In this document: positions 1-14,300 of the stretch, in pieces
Layout of the letters: each line of letters begins with the position of its first letter
Position numbering within the stretch: the stretch's first letter is position 1
Assembly: GCA_013265495.1 (NCBI GenBank)
Contig: MU058451.1
Span: 1,010,584 to 1,074,583, forward strand
Source: Vicugna vicugna
Taxonomy: Eukaryota
Direction of reading: 5' to 3'
DNA: 64,000 nucleotides
Program-made: the position numbers and the translations under genes
The notes under the pieces: model-generated
Told to the model about the DNA's origin: nothing
The model's input: the letters and a program-made list of their open reading frames with translations, nothing else
The model's database searches: none

Positions 1-222
1 TCTGGGAGAGTACATCTTGAAGGTTCTTGTCAAAAGAAAAGAAAATGATACCTACATTATATGAATGCAATAGAAACCCATAGAAATGTATGTGAAGTAT
101 CTCATGTAAAGTAGGAACTGCAATTATATTTATCATCATCATAGCAGTATCATATAACTGCTACACTGAGTGCCTTTCTCCTGGGGAGTAGGACCAGGGA
201 GCAACAGCGAATAAGAGTTACA

Positions 223-256
223 ATAGATGATAGATAGATAGATAGACAGATAGATA
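223..256. repeat. Imperfect (TAGA)n microsatellite
   Basis: atagatgatagatagatagatagacagatagata. Confidence 0.9.
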
Positions 257-289
257 AAGAGTAAAAAGTATCAGCTGTGGAATTATCAG

Positions 290-470
290 TTGGAGTTTAA
301 TCCAGCTTTGCTATCATCAGTATGGGCCTTGGAAAGTCACTCAACTTCTGTGTGCCTCCGCTTCCTCTTCTGTAGGTGGGGATAATACACTCATAAGGTT
401 TATAAATGCCTATAAGTCACTTAGCACTGTGCTAGGTCCAGAGGCCATGCTTTTATAGCTACCTTATCAT
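290..470 (+). mobile_element. MIR SINE fragment
   Basis: MIR core-like sequence: ccttggaaagtcactcaacttctgtgtgcctccgcttcctcttctgtaggtggggataata...cacttagcactgtgc. Confidence 0.75.
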
Positions 471-1392
471 TATAGATGCTGTATCTTTTTTTCAAAAGTA
501 ATTGTGAGAAATCAAAGTGTTTCTCACGGGACAAAAGTCTGTCATAAACTTCACGGTAAAGTTAAGCTTACCCTTTGAGAAGCAAATGGAAAGAATCTAA
601 AGCTAAGTGACTTGTCTAAGATCAACCACGAGGCCACTGCCTCAGGATAGTCAAAACCAAATCAAGGCAATTTGGATGTAACTCAAGAAGGCAGGACCAA
701 ATCACGATTGTATTAAGAAAACATTCATTATAAGTTGGGTCATTATAATCAGTGTATACTCTTTCTGAAGAGACCAGCAAGCAGCAGGATGGTGAATGTG
801 GCAATGGTGATAGAGGATTCCAGGAGAAAACGTGGGCATCTCTCTCCAGCACTGCTTAGGATGAATATACTGTCAGTGGCCCACAAAAAAAGAGAACACT
901 GTCTTTGTTCACCATAAATTTAAGTGGAGACAGATCAACCAGATGACAGAAGCTTGGTGACGTTCGCTATCAAGCTCATCCAACTAGCCCGTCATACCAT
1001 GATTCTGTGCTCATCAAGCAATTTCCAGTCACACGTTAAATGCTGCAGTCACAACCCAGGGAGATGATAGGCTGATCAGAGGAGACAAGTACCCAGTCAA
1101 TTGATTAGTTATATTTCTCACTATAAATTAAGAGGGCAGTTAAAGCAAGTTCTCCCCTAGAGTGCAGCTCTGCCTGCTGGTTTGGGAGTTGGCCTCAGTG
1201 CTAAGAATTTGCCCAGGATTACAGTGAAGGCAGCAGCCTGAGTGAGCCAGAGGTCCTCCCCATGCAATATCTAAACTCATCTCGTAACTTTTCTTTCAAT
1301 TGTAATAGTACAACTTGCCTTTGCTTGGCACACTCTTGTCCTTCCTGTTTTGTTTCCTACTATAATGCTCAAGGACTTCAAAAACTCAGTTC

Positions 1393-1688
1393 TCACAGAC
1401 ATAGACAACATGATGGTTACCAGGGCGGCAGGGGGGAAGTGGGTGGGAAGGGTTAAATTGAGAGTTTGAGACTTGAAGATATTTATATGAAATAAATAAA
1501 CAGCAAGTTTATACTGTACAGCACAGGGATCTATATTCAATATCTTGTAGTAACTTATGGTGAAAACGAATATATGTATATTCATGTATGACTGAAGCAT
1601 TATGCTGTACACCAGAAATTGACATAACATTGTAAACTGACTATACTTCAATAAAAATACATACATACCAAAACAAATAAACAAACAA
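1393..1688 (+). mobile_element. 5'-truncated young L1 3' end with target-site duplication
   Basis: L1 3' UTR (atggttaccagg...tactgtacagcacagggatctatattcaatatcttgtag...ctatacttcaataaaaa) plus an A-rich tail. TSD: aaaactcagttc (1381-1392) / aaaacttcagttc (1689-1701). Confidence 0.9.
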
Positions 1689-4600
1689 AAAACTTCAGTT
1701 CACCATCTCTGCATTATTCTTTATGATTTCCATCCTCTCTTCTATCTCAGTGAGATTTACCTTCATTCCACTCTGGTTATTGAACAGTTCAGCTACACTG
1801 CTTCCTAGAACCGCATTGCCTCTAAATAATGTCACCTTTTATCTTTTTCATTTGCTCGCTTCTGCCAGACTTGCTCTTTAAGGGTCACCAGTATAGCCTC
1901 TTTCCAAACCTCTATCCATTCCCTACTCCAATTTCACCAGCCCATCCTGGAACCCAGAGCTAAAATCAATCCTACGTTGCTTCATTTTCCAAAGTTGTTT
2001 TTTTTTTTTTTTTAAATCACTCTTATGTAGACAAGTGCTAAATCTACCTACATACATATCTTTTTCATGGGGTCCAAGCCTATGAGCCCAATCATGCAAT
2101 GCCCTTGCCTGAATCAGGGTCACCTCAACCTGCTCAGATGCAAAACCATCATCCTATCCCTCTGCAATGGACATGCCACCTAGACTGCAAGTGTCCTTTT
2201 CACCCTGATTCCTCCAACCCCCTCTTTGCTCACACCTTAGTGCCAGGTCTATCATTTCTGCCACTCTAATCTTTCACAACCATTTTTCCTAATTTCACAG
2301 CCACTAGCCTAATTACCTTCTATCTCTTCTCTTGGAAAAGCTGGCAAATTGGCTTTTCAGCCTCCACTCTCTGTATCTAAAGCAGAGATGTTTCTCTTCC
2401 CACAGCCTCGATCTGAGCAAGTCCCTCCTAGCTCTGTGGTCCTCAGCAGGCTCTCCATTTTCTCCCAAATTAAGTTTTCACTCCTTTGCCATGTTTTCAA
2501 GGCCCTCTATACTCTAAGACCAAGCTTTTTTATTTTTTATTTTTATTTTTTTGCTTTACTTGCCATTTCGTCCGCACACACTTTATATTTATGTAACAAC
2601 TAGTAACTGACAAGAATCTGAGTGTACAAAATATAAGGTCACATCTGATTGTCCTAACTTTTCTCTGTGACGCTTATTACCTCCATTTTACAAAGAAACA
2701 CAAGTCCACATACATAGTCAACATTTAAACCAAACTGGTCTACCAAGTGTTTAATGCTCCCTCAGATCCACAATAATGCCAGTGCCTTTTCTTCTGACAT
2801 GTTCTACAAACGTCTATCCGACCAAATTCCACAGTTCCTTCAAGGCTCAACCCAAGTCCCACCTGCTTTGTCAAATCTTGCCTGATCTACTACGCAGGGG
2901 CTGATTCCTCTCCTGAGTGACTAAATCTGAGTTTGTACCTCCTTTAAAACACACGTCCCACTCAACCTTGTTTTATATGTCACAGTCGTATCCATTTGAA
3001 CATATGATAAATGTCTTCAGAACTACAGCTTTTCTATCCCTACAGAACTTAGCACCATGCTTAACACTCAATATTCACTGAAGGAATGGATAAAGGTAAC
3101 AATGTACAATTGACTTTGAAAAGGAGATCACAGTGGACTTCATGCCACTCAGCACACCACATGGGACAATTAAACACACTGTGTATGATCAAACGTAGGA
3201 TCACACTTTCTTCCTTCCAAATTATCACTCAGTCAGCATATGTGCAGGTTCTTGTGAAGCCCTTCGCTTACAGGACATATGCCCCTTATGCTATTTTGAA
3301 CAAAGTACTCTTTGGAGAAAAGACATTAGCATAAAGGAACATTTATCATTGGAGTTTTTGTATGTTTAAAGAGAGCCTTTTTTTGTATGTTTAGAGATAA
3401 TCAGTCAAAAGAGAGGTAAATAAGTCACACAGATTTAATAATTCATGAGGCATGACCACCCAAAGGCAAATATTAGATATTGCTATAAGTAAGCCTTTAA
3501 AAAGCCCTTTAAAAAATCTATACCACACATGATTTTGCTGTACAGAGAACAAATAACCTATAAGACAAGAGGAAAGTATAACCATCATGATGTTAAGTCA
3601 CAGTTGGAGTCAAGGACAGTATCACTCACAGATTTAATGAGCACTCTTTCTCAAATCATGAGGCAGAAGTGGAAATGTATGTTTTTAAAAACTGTGTCAA
3701 GAAGTTTAAAGATAGACATTTCACCTGGTGCCACAAAACACAGGAAGATTCCCTAAAGCTTTTGTATTTTGAAATATTTTGTATGTTTCATACAAATATA
3801 TATAAAGATACATTTGTAGAAAACAATGTATGTCATCTTAGAAATGTATAGTAACTTTGATACTGGAAGCACTCGAGGTAATGTTCAACATCTACTGAAT
3901 GTGGAGAAAAGAAATTAGTTATGTTTATGTGTAGGAATTCCTTGTTAATTATTACGCTCCTGAGGACTTCTGATATGCTACAAAATAATATCCAGAATCT
4001 CAGGTTAAAAAAAATAAAAGTTAATATTAAATTTTTTTAATTAAAAAAAAAACCTGTATCAAATGACTAAAAAAGTGGCATCAAGGGATACCAAAGATAT
4101 ATGTAAAGAAAATGAATAAAATTATTACATGAACTATGAAAGGAACATAACAATATTCCTAAATTTATATATTTTATATATCTTAAAGACATGCAATGAA
4201 TAAATATTATATGCAGCCATTCAACTATTTCTCCTTTATCTAAAAGTATGTATATCCATGAAACAAATGTTTTTTCTTTGATAAATACCCATTTGGAAAA
4301 CCAAGTATCCCTTTATGTTTAGATTGGCTCTGTAGCCTGGAATATAGTTGTTATCCCTCCATAAATTTGAAATCATTCTCTTTTTCTTAAAGGAGAGAAG
4401 ACAAACAGCAAACACAATCTTATGAAAACCAAATCAACAAACATACACAGACTAAACCTGCACTTAAGGGTACACATGGCCAACAAGGCATGGGAGTCAA
4501 TTTCAAAGCCTGTAATTCACAGGAAGTGCAGCACACTGAAGAATCTATGCACACTGATTTGTGTAGCAGTCTAGACTAGTTGACTTTTTTTTGGTAAAAA

Positions 4601-4729
4601 TGTCTCTTGCAACTCCAACTCTACCTTTGTTTTTTGTTTGTTTTTTTTTTTCCAACTCTCCTTCTTGCCATGCTAGCTCAGGTGCCTGACACATGGAATC
4701 TGGACAGATCGCGTGAGCCTCCATCCCAC

Positions 4730-5110
4730 TGCTCATCTCTGCCCCAGTCCAATCTCTCCCTGGAACCACTGCCAGATGAATACTTAAAACACTTGCTCAA
4801 AATATGCAATGGCTTCTCCAGGATGAAGTCCAAATTCCTTAGCCTACTGTTCAGGGTCCTCCACAGTTTGGCTCCAGATGATCCTTCCAAGCTTATCTAC
4901 CATCAATTCCTTCTTCAGTTCAACCGCTCTCCTCACAGCCTCCTGAACTATCCTACCTTTGTTCGGATTGGTCCCTCATTTCGAATGCATTGCATCTCTT
5001 CTCAACCTATTCAAATGCTCCTCATTTTCCAACACTAAGCTCAAGTTCCCTTTCCTTCTTGAAGCTCAGCAAGCTCAAGAGCTCTTTTTTCTGAACTCTG
5101 AGAGCACTTT
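4730..5110 (+). mobile_element. L2 LINE fragment (degenerate)
   Basis: L2-like motifs: acttgctcaaaatatgcaatggcttctccaggatgaagtccaaattccttagcct...caagttccctttccttcttgaag. Confidence 0.6.
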
Positions 5111-5649
5111 TGTTTGGATCAGTGGCTTCTAGCCTTCTGGAGAATGAAGCCCTCTTTCTAACACCAAAATATTTCAGAATCCAGATGATAGCCTATTTTC
5201 GATCTGTTGATTGAGAAAGTGCATAATGACAAAATCCCACTGTGAATTTTTGTGAGAAAATTTCCATTTTAATTAACATAACAGACTGTCCATATGTGAA
5301 AAAGAATTACATATATATGCAGCCTGTTAATTTCCTTATCCTTCAGACAAAGCTTTTTGCACAGAATTTGCTGAACTTCAATACTTGTTCAGTACTTGGG
5401 CATCTCTAAGCCACAGATTGAAAATCCTCGCCTTCATAATTTAATCGACATACCATGATCTTTGAGTTTTTGCCAAATTTTTTTTTAAAGTCCTATCTTC
5501 AGACTGAGCTTTTTCAGGCAGGTGTAATGCCACATACTTCACTGTATATTTGCTAGAATCTGGCATAGTTGTCTGGATACAGTGAAAACTAAATACATAT
5601 TTCCTTCCTAGGACACTGTTAAGTATCTGAGGTTCACTTTCATCACCAG

Positions 5650-5960
5650 TATTTTATTATAAAAATTTTCATACCTACAGAAAAGTTGGAGGAATTATAC
5701 AGTGAACAGCCATAAACTTACCACCAGGATTTCACAATGAACATTTTACTATATTTACTTTCCCACATCTATTCCTCATAAAACTGTCTTATTCTACATG
5801 AACTAAAATAAATAAGTTGCAGACATCATACAGTTCCCTGAAACACTTCCGCATTCATATCATTAACTAGAGTTCATATTTGTTTATGGTTATTTTTTCT
5901 TTTCAGTAAAATATACATAATGAAATGAAAAGACCTTAAATGTGCCATTGGATGATCTTC
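5650..5960 (-). mobile_element. Old L1M 3' region fragment
   Basis: ttttattataaaaattttcatacctacagaaaagttggaggaattatacagtgaac... is typical of a reverse-oriented L1MC/ME 3' end. Confidence 0.65.
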
Positions 5961-6159
5961 CACAGATACCCACATTTAGATTCCAAAGTGGGATCTAAAC
6001 AATTTTTAGTGCGTTATAATAATGAAAGCATGGCACAATGGTGTGGAAAGATTGCTCCAATTTTAAGAATCAAAGTAGCAATAAAACATACGCAATTTAT
6101 GGCCTAGGCAACATTTATGTAGAATTTTCACAGGGAAGAGTAATCATTTAAAAACTAGT

Positions 6160-6390
6160 TTATGTTTACTGAGCACTTACTCCATGCCTGGCATTGTGCT
6201 CATAAGAACTTTACAAGCAATAGCTTATTTGCTCCTCAAGGCAACTCTCTGAGATTAATTTATTGTAATTGTCACATTTCAAAGATGAGGAAACTGCAGC
6301 TCAAAGATGTTTAAAAACTAGCCTAAGGTCACCCAGGTAGGCTTCAAGTTTCTTTGATTACCGTACCTTTTATGAAACCACTGAAAAGTC
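6160..6390 (-). mobile_element. MIR SINE
   Basis: tttactgagcacttactccatgcctggcattgtgct...atttcaaagatgaggaaactgcagctcaaaga...cctaaggtcaccca. Confidence 0.8.
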
Positions 6391-7119
6391 AAACATTGTC
6401 CAATTAGGGTTTTATCATCCTTAATCATGCCGCTCGTGGAGATCCGAACAATCAGCGAACGGCACAGCAACAGGAGAGTCCCAAAATAGCAGGGCACTGA
6501 ACACAAGTGTATCAGTGAATGTTGCAAATTAGCGGATGGTAAAATAAACTAGTGTATGAAGATTGGAAACAGATGAGCTGGCTCAGACTCAGAACCTCAA
6601 TCATATCAATCTGGCAAAAAAACGGTTGACTTGCCTAAAATGTTATCAACCTACCAAATTTACATCTCAGGTCAGACCCTTTTCCCATCTTCTCCACTCT
6701 TCACCAAATCACAGGAGCTCCCAGACACAAATCCTCCCCGCACTGTGTATTAGTCAGGCAAGTGCTGGGCACCCCAGGTAGTCAGAGTACCTGCAAAGGC
6801 TATTAGGCGATGTGAGGATCTCAAAGTGGGAGGGGACATCCTCTCCCTCTATGCAGACGCTGCCGCAGCCAGTCCCAGTGGACATGTTTGTTTAAAAAAT
6901 ATAATATGTATTATTATTTAATGATAGTGGTGATTCTTTGATCACACAGGAGATGGCAGTGACTGTGCTTAGTACTTTAGGTCTGTTGCTGCCTTTAAAG
7001 AACCTTGAGCCTCCACTACGTGAAATACATCCAGTGATAAAGATGCCAGCCCCACGCTTCCCAGTGGGGAAGGCAGAGGCTCAGAGATCATACATCATAA
7101 CAACAACAACAACAACAAA

Positions 7120-7330
7120 AGCAGCCAGTGGGTGTTAAGGACTCCCTTGGAGTCAGACTGTTCTAAGCGCTTTACCAACTCATTGAACTCTCCTTGCACC
7201 CCTAGAGGTGGATATTATTATTACCTTCATTTTACAGACCGACAAGCAGAGATGGAGAGCAGTTCCGTAATTATTCAGCATCACACTCCCCGACGGGTAA
7301 GCGGCAGAGCTGGTATCCCGGCTTCAGAGC
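7120..7330 (-). mobile_element. MIR SINE
   Basis: ctgttctaagcgctttacc...attattattaccttcattttacagac...ggcagagctgg. Confidence 0.7.
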
Positions 7331-10300
7331 CTTCTCCCAACCCCCTGCTCTGCTGTCCCGCAAAGCCCACACGTTAGTAACGCAATCAGTAAACAAGCTG
7401 AACTTTTTTAAGCGCAGGTTAGTTTGACTGCAAAATCCATGCTCTCACCACCATGCAATGCAACTTTCATTCTCCACCTTTCTTTAGGCAAGTATCGGAC
7501 AAATATTTGTGCTGAGAGAGTAATATATAAACAAGCACGTGATTTCAGATTAAAATGTCTTTATAATTTCTTACGTGGAGTCTTTTCTCCACATCTACCA
7601 CCCGTTGAATACTGTTTCAAAATACTATCTAAGTGTTTTTCCAAGACAAAGACTTAATTACATTCCTCTCCTGTGTGCAAGCCTTCAGGTCACCCAGCTC
7701 CTTCAGGTTTGAATCCAAACCCCTGAGCCAGGTTCACGAAGCCCTTTATCATCCGCTAAAGGGTGATGGTCTCAGCCCCATCTCTGTGTGCTCTGCCTGG
7801 GTCTCACACCACACACACATTCACACATGCACAGCACCCCTGGGATTAGGGATGTCTTTACTACAACAGAATAGTCCACGGTCTCCCTTCCTTCCTGGCT
7901 TGGCACCCAGTGTTTTTCTACCTCTCCTTCGAGACTCCGTTGAAGCTTTCTCAGAGTGCAGAAACCATCCTCAACCATTTCAGGCATGACTAGGTGTGCC
8001 TCCTCCTCTGGAGAATACAGTGTGGTATTCTTATCATAAAGTGTGGTGGCCCTCTGAACATAGTTCTGCAAATCACAGTAGACTAGGAACCTGTCCTTGG
8101 CAAGAATGGCATTTGGTAAATTTCTAGACACAATCACTTAATAAGTATTTCTTGAATTAACAATGAAATGGTGGATATATAGTATGATATATATTCCTAT
8201 ATATCACATATTCTTAAAAATATGTATATTCTTTTCACTGAGGTGTGTATATATTCTTGCTCTTGTAATTTTCCCCACCTTAAAAATGTTTATCTCCAAT
8301 CATGATTTCTTTCCACCTATGTTTTTAGTAGGTGTATTAACCGCTTGATCTTTATATCATTCAGTTGTTTCTTGGACTATGTGGAAGTTGATTCATCACT
8401 GCTGATTGCTAAAAGTCCAAGTAGAAGTTTCCATATATGACACAGTTCATCCATACATATCAAATCGAGCCCATTACTACGGAACAAATTAAAACTCAGC
8501 AGCAATGCTAACTGTTCTCTGGATGGACAGCCCTTCGCTCCTACACGAATTGGTCTGTGAAATGACCATTTTCGAAAATTTGAAAAATGGGCTTTAGCGA
8601 CTTGTTGAATCTGCTCATGCTTTGTAAATAAAACTAGTGAGTCTCTCCTCCTGTGATCATTCACCTGCATTATCTACATAGTAACATACAGGAACAAACA
8701 TCTGCTGACTGCTTAATTACGGCTGAGCCCCAGCTGCCTGCTGAGGACGCGCTAGTGGACAGGACTGGCTTTGCCTCTAAGGGAGCCTGACCCTCGATGA
8801 GCTGAAAAACACATATACACGGAAGCTGTCATTCCTTCATTGAGTAATAACCTCAGATAAGGTAACATAAAAATTTCTTAAGGCAGGTAAGTACTTCGGT
8901 AAGCACTAGGCTTTCAGGCTACTGGGAACCCATGTTTCAGGGTGTACAAGATGTGGGTGGGCTTTGAAATCAGCCCAACATGACTTTGAACCTCTTTTCC
9001 GACAACGGGTGATACACTGTGCAAACATAGACTAGTCACTTTAACTCTTTAAAGAGATAAAAGTTACCCTAAATTTTTTTTTGAGGATAAAATAAATAAG
9101 GTAGGTAGAGGGAATAAAGATGTACTCCATCAGCTGTTAAGAATTCAGTCAGTTCAGCTCATAGTCCTTACGTTGCTAAAGAAGTATTCTTTCCCCCCAG
9201 AATAGCCCCGTATCAGTAAGAGATGCGATGATAAAACAGGGAAGTATTTTAGCTTTTGATTTAGATTCATTTTACCAGAGGAAAAAATGCTTCCAATTTG
9301 TATTACAGGGAGTACTGTAACATAATCTCGTTGGAATGTGTTTGGTGGAATTTGCCCGCCTTTTTCAGTATAATGGGATACTGGAGGCATGAAACAAAAC
9401 TGAAAATTTCACAAAACTGGCCAACTACCTTGTAGACAATCATAGGAAGCTTTTAGTTAGAAACGATTTGGGGTCCTAAAACTTAATATAAATCCTTGAT
9501 TAGTTTCTCAAACTTTATATTTTCTCAGTAAAGGCAATATTTAGCAGGCATTGAGGATAGCTATGTGCCAGATAACTTTTCCCTACCCAAAGTGAAAATG
9601 GAAAAGTAGAAAACTTGCAGATATGTGTGTGTGTATATATATATATTTTTTTCTATTATGCTGTAAGTTTGGAGGCAAAGAGAGGAGAATGAATTACTCT
9701 TGGACTTTCCTCCAAGTCAGCACAAGCATGTGCACATGCACACCACTTTATCTATATACTGCTCACCCCAAAACACCCTTGGGCATCATTACTTACAGCG
9801 GGAATCCATGACCACAGGGATAAGGATTAACCTAAATATTAGCACTTGTTAATGGTTTGCACATCTCTCTGGGGGGGAACCAGTTTCTCCCAGAGGTAGG
9901 ATGCTCGTAGGGAGATACATATTTCTGCTCATACGTAAGTTCTGGCCCAGCTAGGGGAGGGGTGCCGCAGAACTATGAGGTATGGGGAGTAGGTGAAAAC
10001 TATCTACATAGAGTTTATCATTTATCAAGAAACTCTGAGCCTAGTTTCAGGCAGTAAGTATTGGAGTTCCCACTTTTACTATAGAAGATACAGTTAGTGA
10101 TACAGAACAGGCTAGAGCATTTCTGCCAACCTGCAAGACCCTACACACACCACCCCTTTACTCCTCCCACTTGACCCCTTACAGGCCCTGTCATTCTCCT
10201 CCCGCCCCCAGAGCGGAGCATGCGTGCTCCCACCTCTTGGCTATGGTAACTGCTCTTCCCGCAGATCTTCAACAAAAACCATGTAAGCTGCTTCTTCGAG

Positions 10301-10909
10301 ATTCGCTTGGTTAGTATCACCTGGTTCTCAAAGTTCAGAGAAATGTGACCATGTATATCATCCACTTCAAAACCTTTTTGAGGTAGAAAATACCGATTCT
10401 GAGCAGTAGCAAAACTGCAACCACTTTAAAAATTTCCCAGTAACGCTGCTTCCGTCCAAATGTGCATATAATAATGACTATTATAATGAAAAGCAGGGAT
10501 GACTTCCCATCTCCGTTTGATCCCAGAGAGGCTTAACATAGACAGACGGCTGAAGGAATTATAATTAAGTCTAAAGCTTTGAAAACTAGTAAGAGACAAT
10601 CCCCTAGAAGTTAATCTATTGATGTAACATGCTATGTGCACACAACACGAGGAAGAAATCTCACACACTCACGCACAAGAGAACTTAAGAACCAGAGTAC
10701 AACTACCCTTGGGAGGTGTCCTTATAATGAAGTCCTTTTGTCATCAAAGCCTATGCCATTGGTCCTTTTACAGCTCTGCTGTTGGCTGGAGAATGGTGTC
10801 CTCCAGTCATGAAAACACCAACATGACAGTAGAGGCACCCATGTCTAGTACAAAGGTTTTAGAAAAGGCACCAGCAGATGATGGGAATCATCTATTCTCT
10901 CTCTCTTGA

Positions 10910-11305
10910 GTGATACAGTGATTTGAAAACCCAGGCTCTGGACTCAAATAGAACTTGACTCAAATACCAGATCAGATACCAGTGGTACTAATTACAAACC
11001 ACGTGCCTTTCAACTTGGTATTTAACTTTCCAAGACCCAGTTTTCTCGTGCATAAAATAGCTATAGTACCATCGAAGAGACTACAATTTACATGTAGCCT
11101 AGCAGTTAATAGATACAGAGTACTTAGTAAGTTCCAAGCACGTTACAAGTTTTACTTATCCTTACAGCAAGCCTGATACAAGAGCTGCTCTTATGCCCAT
11201 TTTACAGATGAGGAAACTGAGATACACAGAAGCTAATGTGCCCGAGCTCATACAGCTGGTAAATTACAGCTGGGATTCAAACCCAGTGACTTAACCATTA
11301 TGTTG
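10910..11305. mobile_element. Two adjacent MIR fragments in opposite orientation (+ ~10910-11115, - ~11120-11305)
   Basis: caggctctggactcaaatagaac...cagttttctcgtgcataaaatag is followed by cccattttacagatgaggaaactgaga...gctgggattcaaaccca. Confidence 0.7.
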
Positions 11306-14300
11306 GCAATCTCAAAGGATTTTCTAAAGATTAATGAATCACAGAGAATGGTCAGCTTAGTGACTAACAATAGGCTATTCCCCCAAATTAGCCATTATTA
11401 TTATTAACTAGCAGCAGGCATGTGAAAATTATTTTCATATACTACATACGCAAATATTAACTTTTAAATTTTTTTCATTCTTTCATAGTTTTTGCTAAAG
11501 AACAGTTTAAAAGAGGCCAATTCTGTGGCTATACACAAACTCTAAAACGTCATTTAGAAACTCCCTTCCTCCCAATGTCCCTTAATCATTCAGAAACTAA
11601 AACATCTGCAGAAGATAAACAACAATAAAATTAGATTATCATTTTTTCTATTGACAACAAAATATCTGACCACAAATATATAAACATAGCTTTTAAAATG
11701 TAGCCTCAAGCCATAATTTTGTACACATTCATTTGAGCTTATATATTTCTCATAAATAAGATTTTAAAAAATACTCTAGTTGGATATAACTATTTTACTA
11801 AATTAAAATTATAGTGAGGAAAACAAATTCAGATAATTTGTGTTCTAAGCTTTGTAGAAATGATAAAGCAACTTTAAAATAACTTCTGATAATAGAAATT
11901 TGTAAAATTGAATTAACCTATCATCCTAAAATATGCAATGCACAATTAAATCCATCTTAACATGCAGAAAACTTAGCCACCTAACTCAAGATTGCATCTC
12001 TTATCATCTTGGAAATCTGATATACCAATTCAAAATTACTATTTGAATTACCATCAGAATTCCTGAAACCCTGTTTGGAGTGAAGATTCCAATTGCATCT
12101 GGTTTTATGTCACTTAAAGGCAAATTCCTCTACTTTAAGACAAGTTTAGCTTCTTCCTGAGTTTGAATCTAAATTTACAGTAGAAAAAGCTCAGAATTAG
12201 AGCTCTTAGTTCTGCTCACTCACACCTCTTTTTTGCCCTCCCCCATCCCTCACCCCCAGACAACCAAAAATAAACACTCAAACTAGCAATATATGAACTG
12301 ACCAATCTTAGGCTCCCATGGACTTAAGACAACCAGAAAAAACAAAGATGGAAAGAATCACTGCTTTGCAAACAAGGCTTTAATTAGGTCCGCAAATAAA
12401 AACCCTTTTACTGCTAGAGCCCTGAGTCCTTCTGAAGAAATGTGTCCCACCTAATTCTCACACTTAAACACAACACAAACATCAACGCGCAGCCTCTACT
12501 AAAGAGAAGCTTGAACATACACCCACACGTTGGAAATCTTCTCCGATTAGATGCTGCAATATTTGTCTAAGAGAAACATTACCCCCCAAAAGCCTATGTC
12601 TTAAAAATGATGCTTTAACAATCTCTCTAATAAGAAATTTCTCTTCCATCCTGTCCTGGAAGACAAACTGCCCCAAAGACTAGGAAAAATAGTGAAAAGA
12701 AAAGCCACAAATGATATTTTCATAACCATTCCATCAGTCTCTCCAGGTCAAGCTTTAATTGTTTAATCGTAACTAAGATATTTATTAATTCATCTGGAAA
12801 CATAGCACTTCTAACAGTGCTTTTCCGAATGCAAGTCAAGCATTTAGGTACGCTATTTTATATTTTTTGCCTATTTATGTTTTCTATTTCAAAGATTTAT
12901 AAAGTGGGTGAAACTGCACCAGTAACGATTCACAGGAGAACTTGGAATCAAATACAAAAATATGAAGAGTTGCAGCTTTTGAAATAGGAAACATTAAAAC
13001 AACGATTCTCACTAAAGAACATTTCAACTAGGAAATTTGAAAAAGCAAAATGTTTGAGGCTGTAGCTCAGTGTCTGTCCTTATCCCTTAGATGAACCATG
13101 AAAAGAGACACTAGCCTGTGAATACAGAACCTACAAACACTGAGTCTTATGATAATTTGGCAGCAGACTTAAGAAGAAACTTAATATTCTCTGCCTCTCC
13201 ACTCCATTCCCTTCTTGTTTGTTCTTCAGATGAAGTTATGGGTTTTGATACAGGAGATTTTCATGTTTTCTTAGCCTCATTATAGGAACAAGTGGTTGCA
13301 GGAAATTGGGGGGAAAAAAGGCTCTGGTGAAAGAAGACAGTCTATAAAAGTGGAGGCAGGGCCAACAACTGTGTAAACTAAAGGGAAGCTTGGTTGATCT
13401 AATTAAGGAGACAATTCCAATTGGGCCACAGTGAAGTCACTTAAAATCAGTCATGGCAGAGATAGGTAGAAATACTCCTTACGGAGTTAGGAGAGGTGAT
13501 TGATCTTTTAAACATGCTTTGAAATGTGAAGAAATTTCTTGTTCTTTCATTCCTCCAGTTCATTGGTAAACACTACTGGTTGCAAAATAAATAAGATTTC
13601 AAAGAAAGAATAGGAAAATCCATAATGATCATATCCCAGGAAAGCTGGCCAGACACTATGAATTTGCTGATTTTAAGCTCGATTCCTCTAGTGGTGACTG
13701 AGAGAAATGATACAAATGCATTATGCAACATGTAAGTAGCATGAGAAATTGATTCACAAACTTAATAATAGCCCAGAACTTTCTGATATTGTTTGCCCCT
13801 GAATAGGCATGTAATATAGATGGTGAAATTTTGGGTCCATACTTTCGAACTGCAGACTAAAATAAAACTGAACACCCCACTAGATTGACTAAAATCCCAT
13901 GTAGTCTTTGGATAATTCATATTGATATCTTTCAACTTCACTTTCTAAACACCCTAATAACCCTTGCAAAGTTCACCAGTGCAGGATGCCTGGAAACAGA
14001 GTGAGATGAGTACCTGGGTACTTGTCTGAAATGGGTCTAAAAAAAATCCAGTTCTAAGGCATAAGGTAATTAAGATTTTCTTTTAGGGTAAGAAATAAGT
14101 TCCAAGTACTTCCCAGATTAATGGTTTGGCAGATGACACAATTCCCTAAAATATTTCATTATTTTGAATTTATTTTAGATATGCAAAAATCTTATCAAGT
14201 ACATATTAACGTGCTATTAAGCTATTAAATGTAAATATTCAGAAATATTATCATTTCGCATGCCCTTAAAACACAAGCCACACATCATTCACACAAAGCC

